From NCBI GenBank assembly GCA_963827685.1, contig CAWHBU010000005.1, positions 32,001 to 96,000 on the forward strand: 64,000 nt of DNA, in the 5' to 3' direction. This DNA comes from an uncultured delta proteobacterium (lineage in GTDB: Bacteria > Desulfobacterota > BSN033 > UBA1163). Both the position numbers and the translations under genes were made by a program. Within the stretch, counting starts at the first letter, position 1; each line of letters starts with the position of its first letter. The notes beneath the pieces were generated by a model. That model worked only from the letters and a program-made list of their open reading frames with translations. It ran no database searches and had not been told where the DNA came from. Positions 21,373 through 30,475 of the stretch are shown in pieces.

Positions 21373-22290
21373 TCAACGTCCTTCAGGCAATTTTTCTTCA
21401 GTAGCCTTAAGAAGGGCCTCGGCATCAGCCTCTGTTGGAGCTCCAAAAACAATGAGAATAAATTCATTCCGCTGTCGGGCAAAAGTCCACTTCCGGTCTT
21501 CCGTTCTTGCGCGATCCATCCCTCTCACATCGGGAAGGTAAACCTTCATGAAGCTCCGGTAGGCATCTGCAGCCTCTTTCGAGTCGGGATATCGAATGAG
21601 AAGAAGTTGGGTCTTTTGTTTACCTTGAAGGTATTGAGCGAGCACGGCTTCCGTCTTCCGGCTCAGGTTTAAAATATTCTGGTGGGCTATGAAGAACCGT
21701 TGGTTCAGGAGAACATGACTCTTAAGATAGCGAAGGCTCTTATCGACCAGCCCAAGGTCTTTCCCCGGAATAAAGCCGACCAATTTCGGCTCCAGACCCA
21801 CAGCCGGGATTGAATTTGCCGCAGCCCTGCCCATCTTGAGGATTCCTGATTCAACCTCCGCTCCCTCCCCTTCTGCATAGAGGCTGACAAAATATTTACC
21901 TTTCCAGAACCGAAGCAACCCTCCCCCAAACTCCGACCCCTGACCGATTCCTACGGCTTCATCCTGATGTTCAAAAGAAAAAACCCCATAAGCATCCTCT
22001 GAAGAAGCCATTTCATAGAGTTCGAGGAGTATGGGAGGTTGATTCGATTTCTCAAACCGGCGAACCGTGAGATTCTGAAAACCATACGCCAGATAAAGCT
22101 CCGCGGCCCCATCGATGTAACTGAATAGGGTTTTAGAATTGTATTTCATCTCCTTCCCGTCCCACTTCCAGTCCCCGGCTTCTGAAGGCAGGAAAATCTC
22201 TCGACTCATTTTCCCCTTCTCTTCTCCCTTGGCCATTTCGGCTACCGTGAATATTAAAACTATGATAACAAAAAAAGTCCAAATCCGCAT
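21373..22290 (-). CDS. Exported DUF6599-like protein
   Basis: LFSYIDGAAELYLAYGF, ELYEM.SSEDAYGVFS, FWKGKYFV. Confidence 0.72.
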   Translation of the reverse strand: MRIWTFFVIIVLIFTVAEMAKGEEKGKMSREIFLPSEAGDWKWDGKEMKYNSKTLFSYIDGAAELYLAYGFQNLTVRRFEKSNQPPILLELYEMASSEDAYGVFSFEHQDEAVGIGQGSEFGGGLLRFWKGKYFVSLYAEGEGAEVESGILKMGRAAANSIPAVGLEPKLVGFIPGKDLGLVDKSLRYLKSHVLLNQRFFIAHQNILNLSRKTEAVLAQYLQGKQKTQLLLIRYPDSKEAADAYRSFMKVYLPDVRGMDRARTEDRKWTFARQRNEFILIVFGAPTEADAEALLKATEEKLPEGR

Positions 22291-22299
22291 GTCAGATTA

Positions 22300-22371
22300 T
22301 TATTCCCCTCCACCCTGAAGCACCTTCACTGCCTTATTACAAATATGCATGTGAGCAACATTCGCCGGCAT
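22300..22371 (-). pseudogene. 5' fragment resembling a zinc-dependent phospholipase C N-terminus (copy 2)
   Basis: MPANVAHMHICNKAVKVLQGGGE*. Confidence 0.4.
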
Positions 22372-22414
22372 TATTGGTTCTTTCTAAATTTTAGAATACG
22401 AAAGCCTCCAGAAT

Positions 22415-22549
22415 TCACACCCGATAGTCGCAATCTTTTCTCATCAGGTCTTCTGTCGCAGATTTCACCTCCTTAGAAACAAGCGAAGGTCCTTTTTGAA
22501 AAGCAACAATCTTTGCCTTTTCAATACATCTCTCAAACTCGCTACTCAT
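22415..22549 (-). pseudogene. Truncated HEPN-type toxin gene
   Basis: ATGA overlap with the MNT stop; MSSEFERCIEKAKIVAFQKGPSLVSKEVKSATEDL then an early stop at 44 aa. Confidence 0.6.
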
Positions 22550-23103
22550 CGTTTCTTCTCGTGCAGGACTGTCCCTTGATCGACCTCTTTTAAGATTAGC
22601 TCCTTCTTATTTCTCATCGAAAGATACTCTTCCACGCTTACGACGATCGATTTAATCTCTCTTTTTACCTTCTCCGTCTCCTTTCTTATTTCTCTTAATA
22701 TTTTTTCTTTATCTTTGCCTATAACAAAAAGATCAATATCGCTCTCCACCGTATCTTCGCCAGTCGCACAACTACCGTAGAGAACTATTTTGTTAGATAC
22801 TTCTCTTATTCTTAGAAGAAGTGGAATTAAATCCAGAATATTTTCAAATTTCTTAAACTCCCGCACGATGGGTTGATCCGGTACGATTCGATACAGAAAA
22901 AGCTGTCCCTTCTTCTCCCTTGTGACCACTCCCATACGAAGGAGGAATTTAAGGGTTTGATTTGTGGCTCCAACGCTTACCTCAATCGATCTGGCTATTT
23001 CTCTCTCGTAATGAGGTATATGAGGCACTCTGCAGAGGTACGAGAAGATCTTTAGGGGAACGCCTTTTAAAAGCTTCTCTTTGAAGTCCGTCTGGCTTTT
23101 CAT
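22546..23103 (-). CDS. wHTH plus minimal nucleotidyltransferase (MNT) antitoxin
   Basis: YEREIAR HTH; LYGSCATGEDTVESDIDL GS..DxD motif. Confidence 0.88.
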   Translation of the reverse strand: MKSQTDFKEKLLKGVPLKIFSYLCRVPHIPHYEREIARSIEVSVGATNQTLKFLLRMGVVTREKKGQLFLYRIVPDQPIVREFKKFENILDLIPLLLRIREVSNKIVLYGSCATGEDTVESDIDLFVIGKDKEKILREIRKETEKVKREIKSIVVSVEEYLSMRNKKELILKEVDQGTVLHEKKR

Positions 23104-23436
23104 TTAAATATGGCAACTGTTCATTTAAATGGGATTAGTGTTCATTATAATGAATTATTACCACCCGGTCAAGCTCCGCTTTTCTCTATGCTTTTCTCCA
23201 ATGTGAACCCACCCCCAATTAGAGTTTGACTGAATAATGGAAGCACCCAATAAAATTGTGCTTCAAAAATTCAGTCAACGACTACTCAACGACTCTGAGA
23301 CCCAATAAATCAATTACTCAATGACCTAATAACTTGGTTCGAGGTTTAATCTGTTCGCTTCGCTCTATGCCCTTAGCGCCATGCTTCAGGGCAGGGCCAA
23401 CTTTTTTATGGATGCCACCCCTTGGATATGGTTTAT

Positions 23437-24153
23437 TTACCCTTTCACTGAATGCTTATGAGTTTTGACCTCCCGGGCCCCCATGGCCATGACGTTATAG
23501 ATTGACGGTAGGGTTGAAATGTAGCGGTCACATGCGTCTATTTTTTGTCCCAATAGTCTTTCCCACTCGATAATCTCGTTTGCCATCAAGCATATAACAT
23601 CAGAATAGTCGACGGTCTGAAAAAGCTTTCTCCACTGATTGTTGTCAACTGGTAGCGCCACTTCGGGAAAAACCGAGAATAGAAGCTTACTAGCCCCTAC
23701 CAACCCCAAAGATGTTTCACTCATGCATAGGGGTAGCAGTTGTTTGAACATGTACCACAATTTTCCCGCAACCTGTTTTCTTTCGACCTCCGAAACTTCA
23801 ACAAGAACTCGCTCTCGAGTGGCAATTGGCCGGCTGATTAAAAACTTTTTCAGGTCAAGGACAGATTCCCCGATGGCCTTCCATGATTCGCTTAATATTT
23901 CTCGATCATTGTCAAAACCTTTTCTATTGAACACCCTCACCCCTTTAAAAGGCCCTGTACGCGTCATTTTGAAATTAGACATAAGTTTTGCAGCATTCTT
24001 AAGAAATATGCCCTTATCTATCCGGTCTTGAGTGGCGCCGATAATTTCTTGTACGGTCAAGCTGTAACTCCGGCCGAATTTTTCCAGGCATTTTTCTATG
24101 TAAGCCTTAGGATGGGGGTTGCCTGAATTATCAAATAGGACTTTCATATTCAT
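23437..24153 (-). CDS. Hypothetical protein
   Basis: 238-aa ORF with RBS; GLVGASKLL..FPEVALPVD segment reminiscent of HhH-like proteins. Confidence 0.7.
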   Translation of the reverse strand: MNMKVLFDNSGNPHPKAYIEKCLEKFGRSYSLTVQEIIGATQDRIDKGIFLKNAAKLMSNFKMTRTGPFKGVRVFNRKGFDNDREILSESWKAIGESVLDLKKFLISRPIATRERVLVEVSEVERKQVAGKLWYMFKQLLPLCMSETSLGLVGASKLLFSVFPEVALPVDNNQWRKLFQTVDYSDVICLMANEIIEWERLLGQKIDACDRYISTLPSIYNVMAMGAREVKTHKHSVKG

Positions 24154-24195
24154 GAATTCCCTTTCAGGTTTGCACCTGATCGAAACGCGAAGAAA

Positions 24196-24993
24196 TCACT
24201 TGATCCCCAGAATCCACCCCTCGACCTCTGCCACCGTGCGCTCAGCAAGCGTCAGAGACGGCTTGAAAAACTCTGCAAGGCTGCCGTCAAGGTCAGCGTG
24301 GCGCATCCAGGCAGCGACCGAGTAGGCGTCGTGCTGATCGCCACTGCGCCCTTCTCGCTCGAAGTTGTGTCTCCACAGGGAGGGATAGACCTCCGCTATC
24401 ACCGACCGCCCGGCCAGGATATCCCAGCCGTCAAATGGCCAAAAATAGATCTGATCGTGTAACTGCTGTCGAAGATAGCGTAACCACGGCAGTCCAGCAT
24501 GGGTGGACTTTGCCACTGCCCCTTGCACATCGAAATGAAAAACTGACTTGGCCGATCTGGCTCGTACTTCAGTCAACCGCCTCCAGCGAGGGTTGCCAGT
24601 ACGGTTTGCCCCATTGCCGCATATGCCCTCACGCACGAATTCGACATAGGTATTGTCCCCGTCAGTCGGCCAGTGCCGCTGAAAGTCATCTAGAAAGGCC
24701 GGCCAATCAGGTGGCAAGCCATGAGCCTGAAAATACTGTATTGGAAATGAAAAACCATGGTCGAGGCCGACCAGCGTTACCTTTCCTTCGGAAAGCCTTT
24801 CTACCAGCCATTCAGCGATGCCGCGCCGCGTCCAATATTTGCGAGGACTTGCCGGCGGTTCAACCTCCATGGGCAAGGTTTCTCGATCCGCCATATAGAC
24901 CTGCAGACCCTTCAGACTTGATGTCGGAGTCTTTGCACCGGAATAGTCGATTCCAATGTACTGTTTAAAGGCCGGATTACGTACGCTATTCAT
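24196..24993 (-). CDS. DUF429-like predicted RNase H-fold protein
   Basis: YIGIDYSGA, VGLDHGFSFP, IAEVYPSL, DQHDA. Confidence 0.72.
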   Translation of the reverse strand: MNSVRNPAFKQYIGIDYSGAKTPTSSLKGLQVYMADRETLPMEVEPPASPRKYWTRRGIAEWLVERLSEGKVTLVGLDHGFSFPIQYFQAHGLPPDWPAFLDDFQRHWPTDGDNTYVEFVREGICGNGANRTGNPRWRRLTEVRARSAKSVFHFDVQGAVAKSTHAGLPWLRYLRQQLHDQIYFWPFDGWDILAGRSVIAEVYPSLWRHNFEREGRSGDQHDAYSVAAWMRHADLDGSLAEFFKPSLTLAERTVAEVEGWILGIK

Positions 24994-25371
24994 GTCTGCG
25001 GACTCCTCCTCGAAAAAAACATCTCAGCCCCACTCTCTTCTTGCATATATCGAATTATCGTTGCCCGATATCATATGGTTGACTGAATTTTTCAGTCAGG
25101 CAGGAATTAATTCGTGAGGTGGAATCAGAAAATGCCGCCCACATGACTTGACTGAAAAATTCAGCCAGGCGTTACGAACTTCCTTTGAGCTTTCAGACTT
25201 GAGCTGATCGCGATGCGTGCGTTTGCGAACGGCCAACTTTTTTATGGATGACACCAGGGATCAGTATTTAATAACCTAACTTGTTGAATGCTGAGACCGG
25301 ACCCTGAGCCGCTAATGGAAGTAATCCCAGGCTTTCCGTGGTAGCTCCGATTTCAGTGAAACTTTCATCTA

Positions 25372-25920
25372 TTAAAACCTGTTTCTGTGTAACCAACTGA
25401 ATTCGGATCGCTTCGGAGGAAGAGAGGGTTTCTCCCCTGGTTCCCCGATCTTCAGAATGGCAGCTAACTCATAATCTTCTGGAATACCAAGGATTTTTTT
25501 AACCTCCTTTTCCTGCTCCCCCCAAAAGACCACGATCCCACTTCCCAAACCATCGGCAACCGCAACCAAAGACATATTTTCGATGCAAAGCCAGGCACTT
25601 GCCGCCGCCCCTTTCTGATGGCAGACTGCAACAGCACTCGCATTCTCGAATGATTTCCTCTGACCGACCGCCCTCTCTTGAACTTTATCCTGTCCTTCTC
25701 CAGCACGAGGAGGCATCGTTAAGCTAAGCTGATACTTTCGTTCCGCAATTTGATCGATAGTCTTTTGATCATCAATAATAATGAACTCCCAGGGCTGAGA
25801 ATTTCCGGCTGAGGGTGCCTGGGTGCCCGCCAGAATAATTTTCTTGAGCTGTTCTTCCGAAGCCTTCTTCTTAAAAATGCGAATTGTTCTCCTCTTTGCG
25901 ATTACTTCATGCATTTCCAT
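25372..25920 (-). CDS. Nitroreductase family protein
   Basis: RRTIR.F, APSAGNSQPWEF, ENMSL.A...GLGS. Confidence 0.93.
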   Translation of the reverse strand: MEMHEVIAKRRTIRIFKKKASEEQLKKIILAGTQAPSAGNSQPWEFIIIDDQKTIDQIAERKYQLSLTMPPRAGEGQDKVQERAVGQRKSFENASAVAVCHQKGAAASAWLCIENMSLVAVADGLGSGIVVFWGEQEKEVKKILGIPEDYELAAILKIGEPGEKPSLPPKRSEFSWLHRNRF

Positions 25921-26553
25921 ATGTCGTCTCCTTTCGTAAATGTTATGTATCTCTAAGCTCTATCCCGTAAGAGGCGCCAACGAAGTGAAGAATGTTGAAC
26001 GGAGTCCTTTCCTTCCCCATATATATTAAAAGTCTACATAATCAGAATGGTGGCGTCAATATCACCATTGGCTTCAGCAAGGAAGAGATCGGACACGGCT
26101 TGGAATGGATGGAAGATCTGTTCGGAGAAAGACAGGGGTTGTCACGTGAATCTCTGACTTTTTTGTAATCATCAGGTTGGCGGCATATCGTCATCTCGCT
26201 CACCCCGAGTTCTTGGCCAAGTCGACTTGAAATAAGCCTTTGCTCCGGGTTCGGCCAGGAGAAAGCGGAATCTGGGGGTAATACCATGTCTCCTGCTTCT
26301 CAACCATCGATTCCTCGATGCCCCAACAAGTGGTTTATTGTTGACGCTGTGCTCCATGCTCTTTTTAGTTTTAAATTCCGCAATCAGCAATCCGAAATCC
26401 CTGCCTCCGCCGGAGCGGCTTCGCGCAGGCAGGCGCATTCTGCAATCGAATGGGCCAACTTTTTTATGGATGACACCGAAGTTTTTGAATAATTAGTTTG
26501 TATCTATCTGTTATTAAAAAAATATGAGAACCGTCCCCAAATAATTTATCAGT

Positions 26554-27020
26554 TTATTTTTTTGAAGTCCTTTGACTTAGGTTTTTCACAAGTTCCTTGC
26601 CTAGCGCGAGGCACTTTTTCTTCGCTTCGTTGCTAATGGGACGTTCACTTCCTACCGTCTCCCCCACCTGCTGGAAGAAGCGCTGAGCAAGGGATTCGAA
26701 AGGCTGCCTCACCTTCCCGCCACCACCACAGGAAAAGAAAAGGACAGCCGGTTTTCCTTTGACAGGCTTGCCCGATTGATCCCACAGGTAAATATCATCG
26801 AAAAAGGTCTTAACCGTGCCCGCGACGTATGAGAAATAGTCAGGGGTCCCGATCGCAACCCCATCGGCGGACAAAAATTCTTCCAGCGTGACCCGCCGCT
26901 CGTTTGTGTTAATGAGGTTAACTTCAGTCCCCGCTTCCCGACCCCCTCCGCAAGTGCTTCTGCAAGCATCTTTGTATTCCCATACTGCTGGCTGTGATAA
27001 ACAACAATAATTTTCCCCAT
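26554..27020 (-). pseudogene. Flavodoxin/WrbA-like FMN protein, frameshifted near 26940
   Basis: MGKIIVVYHSQQYGNTKMLAEALAEG in one frame continues as REAGTEV...IGTPDYFSYVAG in another. Confidence 0.82.
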
Positions 27021-27083
27021 AGTCTTCCTCCTTAACAATAGACAATCCAAACTATTTTATGGATGACAGGTAGACGTCTTAAA

Positions 27084-27252
27084 TTATTCATTGATTGGCA
27101 GGGTATGGATTCGGAGACGAGTCTGCTCAAACACTACGACACTCCCCTGCTCCAGTGCCTCCTGGATCATCGGGAGATTTGACAACAAGAGAGCAATTTG
27201 TTTTTCTGGTCGGCGATCTGATCCCCTTCTGAAAAGAATCAAGGAACTTCAT
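27084..27252 (-). pseudogene. DUF5615 PIN-like toxin with an internal deletion
   Basis: MKFL start overlapping the DUF433 stop, joined out of frame to [51 protein letters not shown]. Confidence 0.72.
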
Positions 27253-27479
27253 GATCCAGTCACCAGTGGGAGTTCCCGCTCTCGCACCGCCTCGGCAGCA
27301 TACCGGAGGCCTTCTTGGAGATCTTCAGCCTCGAGATCTGGATATGCTCTGAGAATCTGTTCCTTTGTCATACCATCTACTATCATCCCCACCACTGTGG
27401 CCACTGGAATGCGTAATCCCCGGATACAGGGTACGCCTCCCATCTGATTGGGATTGATTGTTATTCGTTTGAATTTCAT
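27249..27479 (-). CDS. DUF433 antitoxin
   Basis: RITINPNQMGGVPCIRGLRIPV...YPDL. Confidence 0.93.
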   Translation of the reverse strand: MKFKRITINPNQMGGVPCIRGLRIPVATVVGMIVDGMTKEQILRAYPDLEAEDLQEGLRYAAEAVRERELPLVTGS

Positions 27480-27915
27480 CTAATGAACCTCCCTGAATTT
27501 CAACTAAGTCTAAAAAAGTCGCCTTACTATAAAACTCTTTTAAATCATTATACATGAAATCTTTTATCTTCAAAAGAGAATAAATACAAACCGATGCCAT
27601 GCTCTTTGCCCTTTGCGCTATGCGCGCCGCTGTTATTAGCTTTAGATTCCGCATTCCGCAATCGCCATTCCGCATTTGAATGGGCCAACTTTTTTATGGA
27701 TGACATCATAATTCACAATTCAAGACCTGATACCAAAACTGACACCAAAACTTTGCGCTTATTACGCACCTCGCGTTGCGCATTTTGCGTTATCTTATCT
27801 CTTTGACAATTCTTCGTCAAAGGGAGTTATTCAAAATGGGCGGCCCAAAATATTGAAGGTGGTGTTGATATGGATGCTAAATTTTAAAAATGAGACGCGC
27901 CCCATTTTCAATCAC

Positions 27916-28182
27916 CTATTCATAATGAGTCCACATCCTGATGACCTTGACGGTCTTTATTTCTTGCAAGACTTGGTACACGAGACGGTGTTGAATAGTG
28001 ATGCGACGGGAATAGGCTCCAGAAAGGTCTCCGATCAGCTTTTCAAAGGGTGGAGGGGTTTGAAACGGATTTTCAGAGAGAATGTCAAGTAGTTTTTCGG
28101 CTTTCTGCCTCAGGCCTGCCGCCGCAATTTTCTTTGCGTCCTTCTGAGCTTGCCTGGTGTAGACAATCCTCCACTTTACCAT
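27916..28182 (-). CDS. yoeB: Txe/YoeB family toxin
   Basis: NPF..PP.FEKLIGDLSGAYSRRITIQHRLVY...MWTHYE. Confidence 0.92.
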   Translation of the reverse strand: MVKWRIVYTRQAQKDAKKIAAAGLRQKAEKLLDILSENPFQTPPPFEKLIGDLSGAYSRRITIQHRLVYQVLQEIKTVKVIRMWTHYE

Positions 28183-28418
28183 CCAGGTTTCCCGCTGCAC
28201 TTTCTAACAGCCGTCTTGAGCCCCTTCCGAATGGATTCTCTCATGCCAGGAATAGATAAGAGATAGAGGGTTTCTTGGATGGATCGCCAGTCGCCCTCGG
28301 AAATCAAGATAGCGTTTGACCTCTTTCCCGTAATCTGAATCGGTTCGTGGGATTCTGAAGCCTCGTCGAGCAATTTATAAAGATTTGCCCGAGCTTCTGT
28401 CGCCTTAATCGTTGTCAT
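28176..28418 (-). CDS. yefM: Phd/YefM antitoxin
   Basis: ATEARANLYKL...EPIQITGKRSNAILIS...IQETLYLL; palindrome GTAC-N8-GTAC upstream at 28441-28456. Confidence 0.9.
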   Translation of the reverse strand: MTTIKATEARANLYKLLDEASESHEPIQITGKRSNAILISEGDWRSIQETLYLLSIPGMRESIRKGLKTAVRKCSGKPGW

Positions 28419-28633
28419 ACGAATCACCTCAGTTTATAACGTACATTAAAACGTACGCAATGTCAAGAGATATTCGCTTGGCTCTGAAACCAGACACCAA
28501 GTTCGGAGTGACCTAATAACCCAATAATTAGTTTAATTCCGCACTCCGCAATCCAAAATCCCTGCCTACCGGCAGGCAGGCGCATTTGGATACACCAACT
28601 TTTTTGTGGAGGCCACCATAATTCACATTTCAA

Positions 28634-30254
28634 CGGCCTGTTGCTCAAAAGCCCAATTCAAAAATATCTGACAGTTTAAGTTTCGATGAATGATAGCCGG
28701 GGGTAAATAGAACCAAATAGCACCATTTGGCCAATTTTAAAGCTCATCAGCTCCTTAAAATCTGAAAAAGACCTTATCTCCCTTGTCACAGCCCCTTTGA
28801 TCTGCTCCATCATTACCGATGGACTTCTCTTTAGGTAAGATCCATACCTCAGCAAAACCTCAATGTTCTGGACAGCAGAGATCAGGTATTCCTGTATCTG
28901 CACCCGCCAAAGCCCTCTCCATCGTGCCCGGTCATATCCATACCGCGTCCCTCTGGCATAGGAACGCTCCATCAAGTGTTGCCTCATTTTGATATCCCGC
29001 TTCGCTTTGGCCGATCGACTCGCCTCTCGCATCCTGTCTAGATCTTCCTGCCTCAGATGTCGCTTAATTGTCCGACCCGACTTGTTCTTGGTACACTGCT
29101 CTCTTAAGTCACATACCGCACAAATCTTCTTGGGCGCAGCGTAATCTCTACTTTGCCGACTCATATGTAATGACCTAGGCTTCAACCGATGCCCAGCTGG
29201 ACAACGATAGGTGTCACTCTCCCGATCATACTCAAACCGCTCTTCCCCAAAGATATTCTGCTTTTCTGTACGCTTCAATGAAATTTCCCTCAAATCCGGC
29301 ATGTGGGCCTCTACTCCTCTATCATGACAGGCCAAAAAGTTCTCGATCGTCCCGTATTTGCTGTCGGCCACCACCGTATCCGCCTTGACCCCTGTATTTA
29401 AATGGTGGCTCTCTATCAGAGGAATCATCTCATGCGCTTCATTGACATCTCCTGTTGTCGTCTCGATCGCCGTGATCACTTCACTCCGCTCATCCACGGC
29501 CCGATGTACCTGATAGGAGAGTTTGGGCTTGCCACGATTCACTATCGATGCATCCGGATCGGTCGTTGAAATGTATCGGCTGTTCTCTTTAACGTATCTC
29601 CTGGAGGAATCCGTGCTCTCGCTCTTTTCCTCTAATCGTGCTTCCAGCTTCTTGTAGCCCTCCTGGAGTTGAACCTTCAACGATCGCGTGTCGATCACGG
29701 AGTTGTTCGATGCATCCGCATCCACCAAGCTCGAATCCACAAAGATCTTTCTGCCGTCCACTAACCCCGCCTCCACACATTGCCACACCATTCGCTCAAA
29801 AAATCCCCTAAACGCCTCTACTCCCCACCGCGCCCGGGCTTTACTCAATACACTGTGATCCGGCACCTCGCTGTCTATGTCGTACCCTAAAAACCATAGC
29901 CAGTCTAAACGCATGGGGATCGTTTCCATTAACTCTCGTTCCGATCGAACATTGTAAAGAACTAACAGCAACATCATCTTCAGGATCACAGGAGGGGGAA
30001 TGGACACATTCCCATTGCCTCCATAGGTATCTCTGACTTCGGCATAGATGAAGTTAAAGTCAATCTGCTCCTGGATCTTTCTCAGAAGGTGTGTCCGGGG
30101 AACTCTTTGGTCCAGGTTCATATGATGATAGAAGATCTTCGGCTGAATTCCTGTCTGTTGACCCATCATGGCAAAATCTCCATTCCTGATTTGTCTTGCC
30201 ATGCTTATAGCTCGAATGTATAATCGTTGCAAGCATCATTTGGGCAACAGCCCG
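28634..30254 (-). mobile_element. IS1182-family insertion sequence, 1621 bp
   Basis: IRs CGGCCTGTTGCTCAAA / TTTGGGCAACAGCCCG; 4-bp duplication TCAA at 28630-28633 and 30255-30258. Confidence 0.9.
28676..30169 (-). CDS. IS1182-family DDE transposase
   Basis: SERELM..WFLG..PDHS.LS..R, TTDPDA, ADSKYG, YRCPAG zinc region. Confidence 0.92.
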   Translation of the reverse strand: MMGQQTGIQPKIFYHHMNLDQRVPRTHLLRKIQEQIDFNFIYAEVRDTYGGNGNVSIPPPVILKMMLLLVLYNVRSERELMETIPMRLDWLWFLGYDIDSEVPDHSVLSKARARWGVEAFRGFFERMVWQCVEAGLVDGRKIFVDSSLVDADASNNSVIDTRSLKVQLQEGYKKLEARLEEKSESTDSSRRYVKENSRYISTTDPDASIVNRGKPKLSYQVHRAVDERSEVITAIETTTGDVNEAHEMIPLIESHHLNTGVKADTVVADSKYGTIENFLACHDRGVEAHMPDLREISLKRTEKQNIFGEERFEYDRESDTYRCPAGHRLKPRSLHMSRQSRDYAAPKKICAVCDLREQCTKNKSGRTIKRHLRQEDLDRMREASRSAKAKRDIKMRQHLMERSYARGTRYGYDRARWRGLWRVQIQEYLISAVQNIEVLLRYGSYLKRSPSVMMEQIKGAVTREIRSFSDFKELMSFKIGQMVLFGSIYPRLSFIET

Positions 30255-30475
30255 TCAAGACCTGACACCGGAGCCTATTACTTTCTTGAGCCACTATGCC
30301 ACCAGACGCTGCCAACTTTTTTATGGATGACCTAAATCCCTTTTAAGATTCTTATAATTTTATGGACGCCCCCCTTTGATTATCAAGCAAAGTGTATAAT
30401 GTAGCTTTGACCCCAAAGTCTTTTTCAAAGTCTCTTTCCGTGTGAAGAATCTGGTCCGCTCTCATGGTTTTCAGG

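Noticed and set aside
26042-26438. Short ORFs with an HTH-like LGQELGVSEMTI stretch
   Set aside because: Fragmentary, conflicting frames, overlapping repeats; no confident family assignment.
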